Source: Felis catus
Lineage: Eukaryota
Assembly (NCBI RefSeq): GCF_018350175.1
Contig: NC_058368.1
Span: forward strand, 79,486,001 to 79,550,000
Reading direction: 5' to 3'
DNA length: 64,000 nucleotides
This document shows, in pieces, positions 1 to 11,900 of this stretch (its first letter is position 1; the number at the start of each line of letters is the position of its first letter). A program made the position numbers and the translations under genes. The notes beneath the pieces were generated by a model, which had not been told where the DNA came from, ran no database searches, and saw nothing but the letters and a program-made list of their open reading frames with translations.

Positions 1-953
1 AAGCTGGTCTAGTGATAAAATTCCCTCTGCCATTGGGTCCCGTCTTTGCTAGTTGTGATCTGATAATCCTGTCCTCCCCTCCACCCCACGTGAGCTGCAT
101 GGAAGCTCACGTCCACAGAGAATACGTCCTCTGCAAGTTCAGCTGCCCCGTGTCTTATGCAGGCTTCCCTTCGAGGTCACCACCTCACCTGGCGGGGTCT
201 TGGAGTCCCCCCCCCCCACACCGGGTGAGGTGATGACCTCTCCTCTTCTTCCTCTTCTCCCTCCTTCCCACTCTCCCGTCTTTGTAGGAAAAAGCACCCA
301 GGACAGATGGCTGTCCACGTTTCCTGGTGACAACCAGAACGTACCAGCAAAGCCTTTGTCTGCCAGTGTGTCATCAGACGCCAGTGGAGTCGAACATCCA
401 AGAGGTGGATGTGGCTCGTGGCCCATGCCCGATGCTGTTGTGCAGTTGGCATCCAAACACCGCGTTCTCACAGGGCCCTGAGTCTCAGATGTGCAAGGCT
501 AAGCTTTGGTTTGTGCTTTTAAAAGAACTGAACCCCATGAAAGCGTTCCTGTTAAAGATGAAATTATTTAATTTGACAAAGAAATGAGTCTCGGGAGATT
601 CAGAGGGAAGCAGGCAGGGCTTGGCACATTTCCTCTAATCTCTCTCATCTTCAACCCTGTATCAAAGAGTGTAAACAAAAGCTTTTCCTTTCATATTTAT
701 GGGCATCTATCTAAGTTGGCAATATCAATCTGTTCCAAACGCAGTGGTATATATATTTGCTTACTGGGGTAGACTGGATTAAAAGCTGTTCATCTTTCTG
801 GATGGGCTCTTGTGAGCTACAGATTCAGAAATCCTAAAAGCAAATCTTACGAGAGCAAACACATTTTCTCTCTAGCAGTGCTGTCCTGGAAGGGAATGTG
901 CTCTGGGACCAGTGCCCATACATTTCAGCTATGATTTTAGAACATCATTTTAA

Positions 954-958
<5 letters not shown>

Positions 959-1015
<57 letters not shown>

Positions 1016-1041
1016 CACATATATATGTGTGTGTGTATATA

Positions 1042-1071
<30 letters not shown>
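959..1071. repeat. (AT)n/(GT)n compound microsatellite
   Basis: Perfect (AT)n run followed by mixed TA/TG/CA dinucleotides. Confidence 0.95.
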
Positions 1072-1072
<1 letters not shown>

Positions 1073-1640
1073 TCACTTCAGCTCAATTTTGATTTTGATA
1101 ATGCCTTGCCAACAGTAGGGGAAAGAAATCACAAGTGTATCTGGTATTTGTCCCTGATGAGCGCTGGTGCAGATAAACACGTCCGCTTCCAATGACTAGC
1201 TTGAAAACAATGATGGCCACAGCTCAGAAGCCTCGCTCACTACTCTGAGGAGACAGATCTCTAAAGCATACTTAGTGTTTGACCTTTTCAGTAAAGGGCA
1301 TATGAAAAAGAGTCAAATTCCAGACAAAATGGAGAGAATCTAATAAATATACTTAGATTTTTTTTCTCCCCCAAGCGATCAGTCCATTTTAGATATCAAA
1401 TATCAACCATCTTGGTTGCAAAAGGGATGCCGCAATCTTGAGCCCAGTAGGGGTGGCTGCAGTTTGCGTGGTAAATCGTGGGGCCAGAAGGAGCATCCAG
1501 GGCCAGAAGGGGTTCATCCAATTCAAGTACGTAACCAAATTATTTGATACAAATATAGGAAGGATGTGCAATGTTTCTACGTACCCATAACCTGCTGTCT
1601 TTTATAGTGCTGGAACTCCAAGCGAGACTGAACTATAATA

Positions 1641-1848
1641 TTTTTAATTTTTTTAATGTTTATTTATTTTTGAGAGAGAGAATGAAAACAGGAGAGGGGC
1701 AGAGAGAGGGAGACACAGAATCCAAAGCAGGCTCCAGGCTCTGAGCTGTCAGCACAGAGCCCGATGCAGGGTTCGAACTCACAAACCACAAGATCATGAC
1801 CTGTGCTGAAGTCAGACGCTCAACCAACTGAGCTACCCAGGTGCCCCC
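1641..1848 (-). mobile_element. Can-SINE (SINEC_Fc-type)
   Basis: Reverse complement of a GGGGCACCTGGGTAGCTCAG head, B-box GTTCGAACC, (CT)n and A-rich tail. Confidence 0.92.
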
Positions 1849-1874
1849 AAATTTTTTAAATTTTATGTCATATG

Positions 1875-1912
<38 letters not shown>

Positions 1913-2106
1913 CACACACAACCAAATACAAAGGTCAAACATTTGCCAAAAATTGAAAGGAGTGACTTTACAGAGCTCATTTAAATAGTCTTGGGGTGGC
2001 CTGGTGGCTCTGTATTTGATGAGGGGAAAGATGTTCCCCAAATGGTATTAAGATAAGAAAACCAGGTTGCAAAGTATGATTGTCTTTTTATAAAAATAAG
2101 TGTGCA

Positions 2107-2329
2107 GGGGCGCCTGGGTGGCGCAGTCGGTTAAGCGTCCGACTTCAGCCAGGTCACGATCTCGCGGTCCGTGAGTTCGAGCCCTGCGTCAGGCTCTGGG
2201 CTGATGGCTCAGAGCCTGGAGCCTGTTTCCGATTCTGTGTCTCCCTCTCTCTCTGCCCCTCCCCCGTTCATGCTCTGTCTCTCTCTGTCCCAAAAATAAA
2301 TAAACGTTGAAAAATAAAAATTAAAAAAA
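2107..2329 (+). mobile_element. Can-SINE, young felid subfamily
   Basis: Full length and CpG-rich. Perfect 15-bp TSD AAAAATAAGTGTGCA at 2092-2106 and 2330-2344. Confidence 0.96.
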
Positions 2330-3674
2330 AAAAATAAGTGTGCAGAAGAAACACTGAACCGATAATCACATTTAGCTGTGATTATCCCTGGGCAGGGGAA
2401 TTACGGAATGTTTTTTCCTTCCTTTAGGTTTCTGCATTTTGTGCTTGATGTGCATTGTCTCTAAGTGACATGTTTCATAAGAACAAGGGTCTGGAGTTTT
2501 GAGGAGCGTCAGTGTGCCTTCAGGGTGGGAGCCAGGCCGGGGGCAGCTTGCTCCCAGGACAGCAGCTGCAGATCTCCCAGTGAGCCTCTAAAAACAGAGC
2601 AAATTGCAGAAGTTGAAGTGAAAACCACGAGACTCTTTCTCTTCTGAAGGGCCTCCTCAGGGAGGATGTGCCGATGTAGGACAATCCCCTCCTCCAGGCA
2701 GACCTCCGTCATGGATCCTGGCTCTCCAGGAGCCCCTTCCTTACACCTGCAGCCTATGGTTCTGGGACACAGCACCCCATCAGCCAGGTTGGTTCAGCCC
2801 TTCACTCCTCTCTTCCTTCTGCGTTTTCGGTGTGGAGAAAGAGAAAGTTTCATTCTAAAAGCTACCAGGGACCCATGAGAGTTCTTTGTATAACCAGCGA
2901 GTTCTTCGGGGAAATTAAAAAAAAAAAAAAAAACATACTTAGGGGAAAAAAAAAGACTAAGTCAATTGTTTAGGAAAAATACTTTTGGGCACAAATGACC
3001 AAGTTAGTAACCAGGGTCTCGCTCTCTCCAGATACCCTGTCGTGGCCCAAGTCCCCAGCAGCAGCAAGCTGGCACGCTTGGATGCATTACGCCTGATTTC
3101 TGAGCACCGTCCCTGAAGAAATGACCCTCCGGACTCAGGCTGCCCACTCCTCTCTGGAGAACTTCATACGTCAGATCCAATGTCCACCGGCCCTGGGCTC
3201 AGGTCTGTTCAAATAAGGAATTCTCATCAAGTAGAGGGGGACAGATTGCAAATAAATTCTTCCAGGCAGTGTGATTCCCAGACCTGGGTTTCACAGGTGA
3301 GTGAACCAAAATGGGGTGAGGGACAGACAATAAAGACCAAAAAAGGGGGATAGATTTCCAGGTGCCAGTTAAGGACAATTTTCAAAGTAACAATTCCCTA
3401 TACCCTTCTTGCCAAATCCTACCATCATCTCATTAAAAACAAAACAAAACAAAATATTTTTTAATATGAAAAAAGCCAGCAAGGACATCATCTCAGAATA
3501 GAGAACAGTCCTGGCCAAGAGAGCTCCTCGAACCCATCATTCTGTCGTCCCATCATTCTCAAAGTCCAGGGTACTCATCATCTTCCCATCTCGCCTGGGG
3601 TTCGTGAGCATTTCCCGACACAAGGACCTGGCACCAGGACAGGACGACGTTCCTGGGTAAGTGTGAGTGGGGCC

Positions 3675-4093
3675 TGTGTGGGGTTGGGCAGCGTCCCCCC
3701 CAAATACAGGTCTACCCAGAACCGCAGAAGGTGACCTGATTTGGAGAAAAGGTTTTCTTGGCAGATGAAACTTTAAAACGAGGTCAAGTTGGATCGGGGT
3801 GGGTCCTCACCCAATGCCTGGGGTCTGTATAAGAAGAGGGAAGAGAGCGGGGGCACAGGAAGAGGGTGGGGAAGGAGGCAGAGGCTGTAGTGACGCATCT
3901 ACCAGCCAAGGACGGTGAGGCTCGCCCAGCAGAAGCTCGGACGCGGGCAGGAGCAGACCCTCTCTCTGAGTCCCGCCAGCACTTTGATGCTGGACTTCGG
4001 GCCTCCGGAGCCAGGAGGGCCCTCCTGCTGTATTAGCCTCCCGGTTTAAGGGGCTCTGTGAGGCAGCCCCAGGGGAGTGACAGGAGGAAATAC
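3675..4093 (+). mobile_element. ERVL-MaLR solo LTR (MLT1B/C-like)
   Basis: MLT1 hallmarks: TG...GTCCCCCCCAAAT, GTGACCTGATTTGGA, GCCAAGGA, TTTGATGCTGGACTTC..GCCTCC, GCAGCCCCAGG. Confidence 0.75.
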
Positions 4094-4679
4094 AAGGGCA
4101 GATCCATTCAGCGGCACTGAAGGTATGGAGCTTGGGAGAAGGTCTGTAGAGACGGGGCTCTTGGTAGGCGCCTTGAGAGAAAAACCTCTTTCATCAGCCA
4201 AAGGGAGAGGTCGAGAGTCAAGGGGCTGGGGAAATTTGGGGCCTGGGGAACAGTATGCAGCTGGCCCAGGAGTAGGCAACGGCCTGCCGGGACATTGCAG
4301 CGGTGGGATGCGTCCCGGGGGAGCCGCCGCTGCTGACCCGGGGGTGGGGGGTGCCTCTGCCTCCATTCTGCAGCCAGCCGAGGCCCCCAGACGCTCTGCC
4401 CTGCTTACCAGGCTGACTGTCCGGAGGCCAGTAGTTTCTGGGGCTGGGAAGCGAAAGGTTTTACTAAAACTTCCTAAAGGTGGCGAAATGATCAGATCAT
4501 CTGGGTGACTCTTCTCTTGAAGGGACCTCATTGTTAAGAGATTACCCGTTTCTTCGAAGCGTGATCTCTTTCCAAGATCGATGCACGCACAGGTCTCACA
4601 ACCCAGCGTGCATGGCAGAAATCCGGCAAACCTTACTGCACAAGCACTCTTGCGAGGCCCAGGGTCAGGCCCCTACCCC

Positions 4680-4820
4680 TTAATGTCCTCATTCATAAGT
4701 GGGGGCCCTCCTCCTCATAAAACACTCAAACCTAACTCCCAGGCTTTATTGTGACAATCGAATGAAATTGTGTATATGTAGCACCGTGCCTGGGATGCAC
4801 TTAGTAAATGTTAACTAGTC
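4680..4820 (+). mobile_element. MIR fragment
   Basis: Degenerate MIR core and 3' part (CCTCAT..., TTGTGACAAT...AATGAAA, GTGCCTGG...AGTAAATGTTA). Confidence 0.5.
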
Positions 4821-5296
4821 CGTTTTTAGTACTTTTTATGTTTATGAGATAGATAGGGAAGGAACACCTGTGGTAGAAAACTAATTGGAAAAATTTATGA
4901 TACGTTTTACCCAAGAATAACTCGGTGCGGTCATGAAACTAAATATAATTCGGATTCCTTAGTGGAGTCCTTGTGTTTGCACAGCCTGCCGGCGGGGGGC
5001 GGGGGGGCGGGGGGGAGGGGGTCCGGTGGGGAGGGATGGTTAGCCAAACTCTTCTTGGACCCAAGAACGTTTCTTGCACATTGTTCTGGAACAGCGTCCT
5101 CAGCCTCATTGGTCAGTCATCCTAGCACATGTCGCAAGGAGCCGCGTCACCCCGAGGTGCCCTCACCCCAGCCTGGCACAGCAGCTCAGTCCGTCCCTTC
5201 TCTGGTTCTGCAGGTGAGCAAAATTCATGGAGGTTGCTTCCAAGTGTGTTTTTGTCGTTCTCACCCTGGGAGTTTTCTCTTTTGGGGTCATCTTTT

Positions 5297-5313
5297 TTGC
5301 TTGCTTGCTTTCT

Positions 5314-5353
<40 letters not shown>

Positions 5354-5356
5354 TTT
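5297..5356. repeat. (TTGC)n(TTTC)n tetranucleotide microsatellite
   Basis: Seen directly in the sequence. Confidence 0.93.
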
Positions 5357-5483
5357 ATGATTAGCAAAGATCTACATAAATTAAATTCAGTAACCATTTG
5401 TCAACAGTCTACCCTATCTGTATTTGCCTTTTAATGTTCCTGCTTTGGGTGTGTATTCCTTTAACCTTGTTGCATTTCATTTA

Positions 5484-5703
5484 AATTTTTTTTAATGTTT
5501 ATTTGAAAAAGAGACAGAGAGAGAATCAGCGGGGGAGGGGCAGAGAGAGAGAGACAGAGAGACAGAGAGACAGAAACTGAAGCAGGCTCCAGGCTCCAAG
5601 CTGTCAGCACAGAGCCCAATGCAGGGCTCGAACTCACGAAAAGCAAGATCATGACCTGAGCCGAAGTCGGACGCTTAACCTCCTGAGCGCCCCCAGGGGC
5701 CCC
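5484..5703 (-). mobile_element. Can-SINE
   Basis: Reverse-complement SINEC head, body and (GA)n tract. Confidence 0.92.
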
Positions 5704-7103
5704 TCGCTTCATTTTTTACATAATCGAATCCATGGCTATTCCCTCTGTAGTTTCTTCAGTCGACTTATGCTTAGAAAACAGCCTTCCCAGGTTGGTTATA
5801 ATTCTACTGATGTTTGAATTTAGATCCTTTTTTCCTAACTCTCTAATCCATCCGGATTTTTTTTTTTTTTTGTATTTGATTTGACGTACAAATCTATTTT
5901 TGTCTATTGCTTTGCTGTGTTTTTTTACAAATATCAGCTTATATCCCAGCATTCTTTATTTAAAATGTAGGGGGTTTTTTGTTTTGTTTTTTGCTTGAAA
6001 TGGAGGCTTGATCACTTGGTTAATAAACTTCGTCTACAGGCAGTCTTTCCTGAAATTGCCCATTAAATGATTGGAAGATGCACAGATCAGGTAGAAAATG
6101 TGGAGAACTCCCAGGCTTGGACAGGGATCGAGGCAATGACTGGGGGGACCAGGCTTTCCCACGGCTGCCCCCTAGCCCCGGCTGGGCACTGACTCTTTGC
6201 TAATAGGTGCTGGGCCCAGGGTTCCTTTGCTGGCTCACTGGCCCTTCCTGAGTAAACGTTAATCCCTACTACAGCTTACTAAACAAGCGGCTGCATATTG
6301 GAGTGTTGGGCAAAGGCACAGCCTGGGCCAGAGCAAACACCCCCAACACAGGGGGTCCGGCCTCTAGATACAACGGGACTCTGCAAGAGTCCTGAGAGAT
6401 GGCTCTGGGCCCTGACTGACAGACTGCCTTCACCTGCCCAGGCAGGCTTCCAGAATGCACCTGATGGCTCGGTGAGAAGGGCAGGAAAGAAGCCAGGGGA
6501 CCACGGAATAGTGGGACGTGGTAGCCTGCGTCCAATCACGGATACTCATAAATGGAGGCTTCTTTGCTACTCTTTCCTTCCCCAGAAACTCCATCCCGAA
6601 GCCACGGAGTGGGTTGAAGCAAGGTGGATGTCCATGCCAGGAGGAAGGCACCACGGAGGAGCACAGTAGGTGAGTGTGGCATCTGGGGGGTCTCCCGGAG
6701 CCCAAGCAGGTGGGGGGGGGGGGGCGGAGCATCCAAGGGGGTGTGGTGCAGCCATAACGTCAGAGCCCAGTGGAATGGGGACTGAGGTGTGGGGGTGTGT
6801 GTCTGGGACTGGCAGCCTGGGCAGGGTGAGGGAGTGGAGTCAGGGTGGCAGGGAGGCAAGGAGGGTGCAGTCCAGACACCGATGCCAGAGCACCTACCGA
6901 GAGGAGGGAGGAAGCCAGCGTGGGGGTGGGGTCTGGTGAGAGGCGGGCAGCATTTGGGAACTCAGTACAAGGGTGAGAGAAGGCAGCTAGGAGGCTCAGG
7001 GCTGGGGACAAAAGTCACGAATGCAGATGGGGTGAAAGCTAAGACTGTGGTCCTGGATTTGAGTTGGGGATGCTGGCTTGACCTGGTGGCTTTCGATGAA
7101 TAG

Positions 7104-7105
<2 letters not shown>

Positions 7106-7144
<39 letters not shown>
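7106..7144. repeat. (GT)n microsatellite
   Basis: About 19 perfect units. Confidence 0.95.
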
Positions 7145-7147
<3 letters not shown>

Positions 7148-7468
7148 CCTCTGGCTTCATCCCTGAGATCCTTGCCTGGACCTTGGTTTCTAAATCCTTT
7201 CTCCCTGCAGAGACGGCACTCCTCAGAGCCTGGCTGAGGTGAGCCTGAAGCCACCGAGAGCCGGCAGATGAGCAGTGCTGACACACAGGCCCGTTGAAGG
7301 GCTCCACTGTCAGAAGCTCCCAAATCTGAGGATATCTGGAAACCTCTGAGCATCAGGAGAGGTGACGATGGTAACGGATGGGGATCCACTGAGTGAAGTG
7401 ACAACCAGGAGTCCACACGGAGAGAAATAACTACAGGAATCAATACATCAGGAGTCAGACGAGAGGCT

Positions 7469-7675
7469 GGGGCACCTGGGGGGTTCAATCGGTTGCGTGT
7501 CTGACTTCGGCTCAGGTCACGATCTCACCATACGTGGGTTCGAGCCCTGCATTGGGCTCTGTGCTGACAGCTCAGAGCCTGGAACCTGTTTCGGATTCTG
7601 TGTCTCCCTCTCTCTCTGCCCCTCTTCAGCTCTCTCTCTCTCTCAAAAATAATTAAACTTTAAAAAAGAAAAGAA
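7469..7675 (+). mobile_element. Can-SINE
   Basis: GGGGCACCTGG head, GGTTCGAGCCC B-box, CT tract and A tail. Confidence 0.92.
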
Positions 7676-7803
7676 AATACACCCTGAAATATTTAGGGGT
7701 TATGGAACATCATTTGGGCAACTTATTCTCCAAGGTTCCAGGAAAGATTTATTTGTGCTGCGCTTGTAGTTTTCCTGTAGGTAGATTATACTTGATTACA
7801 AAG
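7676..7803 (+). mobile_element. old L1M (L1MC-like) 3' end fragment
   Basis: GAAATATTTAGGGG...CATCAT...GCAACTTA.TCTC...TTTTCCTGTAG resembles the L1MC 3' UTR. Confidence 0.45.
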
Positions 7804-10339
7804 TCTCTCCAACTTCCTGGGGGGGGGGGGGGGGGGTGCGTGCCTCCCTGCAGGAGGGGGATGGGAGCTTCCGAGGAAGCAGGTGTATTCACCTGGGGAG
7901 TCCTGTTCCCGCTCTCTCTAGAACTGGAGGGGTTCCAGGTCACAGGTGTGGCAGCCGCAGTGACACAGGCACGTTCTAGAAGGCCGGTGCGGTGTGCCAG
8001 CATCCTAAATAAAGGACAGGGAGACCTCAGATGATGCCAACACAGGGGGACAGGGCAGGCTGACCGGCTCCCACGGGGAGGGCCAGGAAATGTGTGTCCT
8101 GGGACTCTAGTCCAACTGACACCCTGTGGGAGGACATCAGAGAATCTGAGGACCCGGGATGGTGGCGAGGCTAAAAATAACCAGAGCTACTGTTTACTCT
8201 GTGCGTGAAATCCTCTCCTCACATTCTCTCTCGTGACTGTCATAACCGCCCCGTGGGGCGAGGGCAGTTAGTGCCCCCGTGGGACAGGCAGAAACCGAGG
8301 CCCAGAAAAGTCACACGACAGGGCCTGTGGTGACCGATGTCCCCCACATGGTCACTTCGCAGTGCACACAAATGCCGCGTCTGTGTTCTATGCTTGGAGC
8401 TAATATAACATGGTGTATCCATTACACCTCAATAAAAAAAATAAAGTGTAAATAAATAACAAATAAACAACATGGCAAAGGTGCGCGGTCCGGCCCTCAC
8501 TCCTGGCCATCCCAGGAAGGGGACAGTTCTCTGGCCGGCAGCCCAGGGAGCTGAGACACACGTGCTCTGGGCCAGACTTGGACCCCCACCGAAAGCCCAA
8601 AGCTGGGTCTTCTGGAACATCCATTCCTGCCTGCCTGAGCCCCACGGCCTGGGTCCTTGAGGGCCAAGGTCACGGACACACTTCTCCCGGATGTGGGAGC
8701 CACAGCATCAGTTGAGGATGAACCACAGGCACTAGTTACTGTTAGTGGCCCAAGGTGGCAGGACAGGCTCTTGGCTCAGCGTGGGGCTCACAGCCACCTG
8801 CACAATCCTCCCCTCTCTGCTCCTCCTGGAAGCAGACAGCCTCCTTCCTGTCCCCCCAGGTCCCCACCGCCCTTCCCTGGCACAGGGGACTGGGGATGGC
8901 CAGGGCCAGCAGGCACAGTCCCATCTGGACCCTCGGATCAGGGGCTCTGGGCTGTGGGCTTGCATCAGGCCTCCTTGTCCCACGCACGTGGGCCTGGGGA
9001 GGGCTGGGGTCCTGGGGACAGCCCCACCATGTTCTCCTGTCCCCCATGAGTGTGACAGGGAAGGAGGCAGGGGGCCCAGGCCCACGGCCTCTGCAAGGGG
9101 CTGCCTTCTGTCCTTTCACTTGTCCTAGGACAGGGACTGAAAGACGAAGATGAGAAAGGACGGACGGGCCAGTCTGCAGCCTGTACACCCAGCCTGGAGC
9201 CCAGCACTCCAGGGTTCTGGAGCCCTGGTCCACCCGACGCCCCGGCCTCCTCCCAGTGCAGCCTTCCAGAGGGAGCAGAACCACGTCTCCATGCTTCTCT
9301 CTTTCCGATGGTGGCCTCCGGGGCGCGGAAGGGGTCCTTCCACATGTTTAGGCTCAGATGCTAGAAGTAGACGAGGCATATAAAGGAATATATAAGCTCT
9401 ACAGTACCCAAATAAATACTATTACCCTAGTTACTTGCAGGAGCATGAAGGGGAATAAATAATCAGGAGCAAAGTTACTTTTATCCCCACAGTAGCCACT
9501 TCCAGTAACCCTTTGGGGTCATTTCAGGCCTTCTGGAACCTGCAGTCCTCTGACCTACCCCACAACCCCTAGGGACGGCCACAGCTCCCAGGCAGCCCTG
9601 GAATCATACAGCCCCTCCTGATATTAGCAACGGTGATGGTGACAATACTGGCGAGTGAAAGCAATAAAGATGCCATCTTATTTATATATAACAGGCACTT
9701 TTGTCACTTGTCATTTACATTCCCCTATCCCTACAAGAGTTTCCGCAGAAGCCACAGGTCACTTCCCACATCCGAAATCTTTAAGGGGGAGGGTGATCCT
9801 TCCCACCCTCCAGTGTTCCCACTTCCTGGAGAGACAGGCCCCAGGCAGCCCCAGGGGATCCCATTCTGTCCTTCTCAGTGGGGAGCCTGCTCTCTGGGGT
9901 CCAGAGCCCTCCACCCCAGGCAGGGAGAATTTATACCCTCCTCCACCCTCCCTCTGGGTCAGTGATATTTTCCAGCCTGTGCGGAAGGCTCCACTTCCCT
10001 TCCCATTAGCGGCTTCTTTGCCGTTCCAGAACCTTCCACATTAGCCCAGGAAGTGGACTCTGTCCACCCAGCACTGCTGATCGATGTGCACACACAGTCA
10101 GCAGATCAGCGTGGATGGAGGTCTAGATAGCACCCCTGCAGAGCCCCTGGCCTGTCAAAGAGGAAGTGCTTTTGGTCTCTTTACAGGACAGACTCTGAAT
10201 CTTCCCAGCTCCCTTATTGGCGGCTCTGAGAAGACACCACTGGGCCCTCCTGCCTTTCTGCAACATTCATCCCTTTTAGTGCTGCTGGGAGACCACTGCT
10301 GGGTATGGGGCTAAGTGTGAATTCAGCCCTTTACCTGCA

Positions 10340-10592
10340 CCTCTCCCCTTCCCACCCTCCCCACCTCCTCCTGCCTCCCTCCCCCACCCCTCTTCCAATC
10401 CCCCTCCCCTTCCCTCCCCCTGCCTCCCTCTCCCACCCTTCTTCCCCTCCCCCTCCCCCTCCTTCCCCACTCCTCCTTCTCCTCCCCTTCCCTCCTCCTC
10501 CCTCTCCCTGCCTCCCTCCCATCACCTTCCTCCCTCTGTCTCCCTCCTTCCCATTTCTCTCCCTCCCTCTCTCCCTCCCACCCCCCTTCTCC
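10340..10592. repeat. C/T-rich polypyrimidine low-complexity tract
   Basis: About 250 bp that is almost purely pyrimidine on the + strand. Confidence 0.92.
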
Positions 10593-10839
10593 TAAGTAAC
10601 ACATTTGACTTTGAAATGAGAACAAAATTCTTTCATCACCTCATTATGAAATTCGCTCCTTTGTGATGACTTTTTAAAACCTGCTGAGCGGATGGTACTG
10701 TCTCCCTTATCCAGGACCTCAGTGCCATGCTGATCTGCGCGGGTCTCAGTCCCTAAATTCGCCACCTTAACCTCGAGTCTATCCGGCTGGTGTCAGATAC
10801 CCATCTGCCCTCCAGTTTGAACCTGGGATCGCTGTTGGG

Positions 10840-11900
10840 CGCGTGGCACAGAGGGTTGCTTTTGATTTTCTGCTGTGAAGCAGGCCGGCAGCCCCAACCG
10901 GAGCCCCAGGACCCCGCGGGAGGCCCCGCATCCGGGGCCTGACTCTGCTCCGCGGGCTGGGCCTCGCTCCACAGGAACCGCCTAGGACCCGGAGCCGCCA
11001 AATCCATTTGGCTCTATTTAGGCACTAAGTACAGGAAGGTAGTTATTGTACAAGATTAGTTTCCTGTAGGCCGTAAATGGGCAGTGGCAGAAAATACAGG
11101 ATGGATTTATTAGCGCGCAAGGTCAGCCGAAAGGAAGACAGGCCCGTGACTGCTTTTCTCTCCTCTCCCTCACCGCCCCGGCGGCGAGCCAGGCTGGAAA
11201 AGACCCTGTAACAACTTAATCACTTCTTAATAGTTTTAAGCGAATTCAAAAGGCTGCAGGATGCCGACGCCTGGAGGTCAGGGCTGCCTGGAATATGTTA
11301 GGAATGCCCGTTTTTACTGGAGTTGCTGACGGGGATTAGAAGCCCCTGCAATCCGGGGTTGGTGAGGGTTTGTTTCTTGTTTTGGGTTGGTCTGCCTTAT
11401 GCGGGGTGATTGGCCAGGTCTTCCCTTTGAAGCTAGAATTTTACCTTTGGGAATAAAACAGCAGCTTCTGGCAGTTTAAAACAAAAAGAAGTGCGTGATC
11501 CTTTGAAAACACACAGTTCCCGGGAGCAGGAAGGTGGGACGCAGCAGACCTTATCAAGGCATTCGGGACAGAAGCCACCTTCCTTACCCGAGCCTTCCCG
11601 GCGGCGGCGCGGCGTTAGAAACAGAACCCTCCCTTTTCCCTTTTGAGATTTTTTTTTTTTCAAATGGCTTAAAGCTGTCAGGTAAAATTAGGCCCTGCAA
11701 GTAGCAGATGAAGTATTTGGATCCGGTTTTCCAGTGCTTTTGCACGAAAGGTTGTAATTCAATTTTTAATTACACCCGAGATCTGCAGCGAGTTACGGGA
11801 GACCCCTCCTCCTCCCGTTCAGCGGAGGCCCTGGCGCCCCCCTGTCTCCCGAGCCCCCCGCACTCCTCCGCTCAGGCAGGAGGGGCTGAGCAGGGGTGCG
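10840..11900. promoter_or_regulatory. candidate CpG-enriched enhancer/promoter-like element
   Basis: Repeat-free and CpG-retaining. Motifs include CAAGGTCA (11118-11125), GGATTA (about 11333), reverse CCAAT box TGATTGGC (11407-11414), GATA site CTTATCA (11550-11556), and ETS-like and HOX-like cores. Function is inferred. Confidence 0.45.

Noticed and set aside
2107..2190. tRNA-like A and B boxes
   Set aside because: These are the tRNA-derived SINE heads, with no intact cloverleaf gene.
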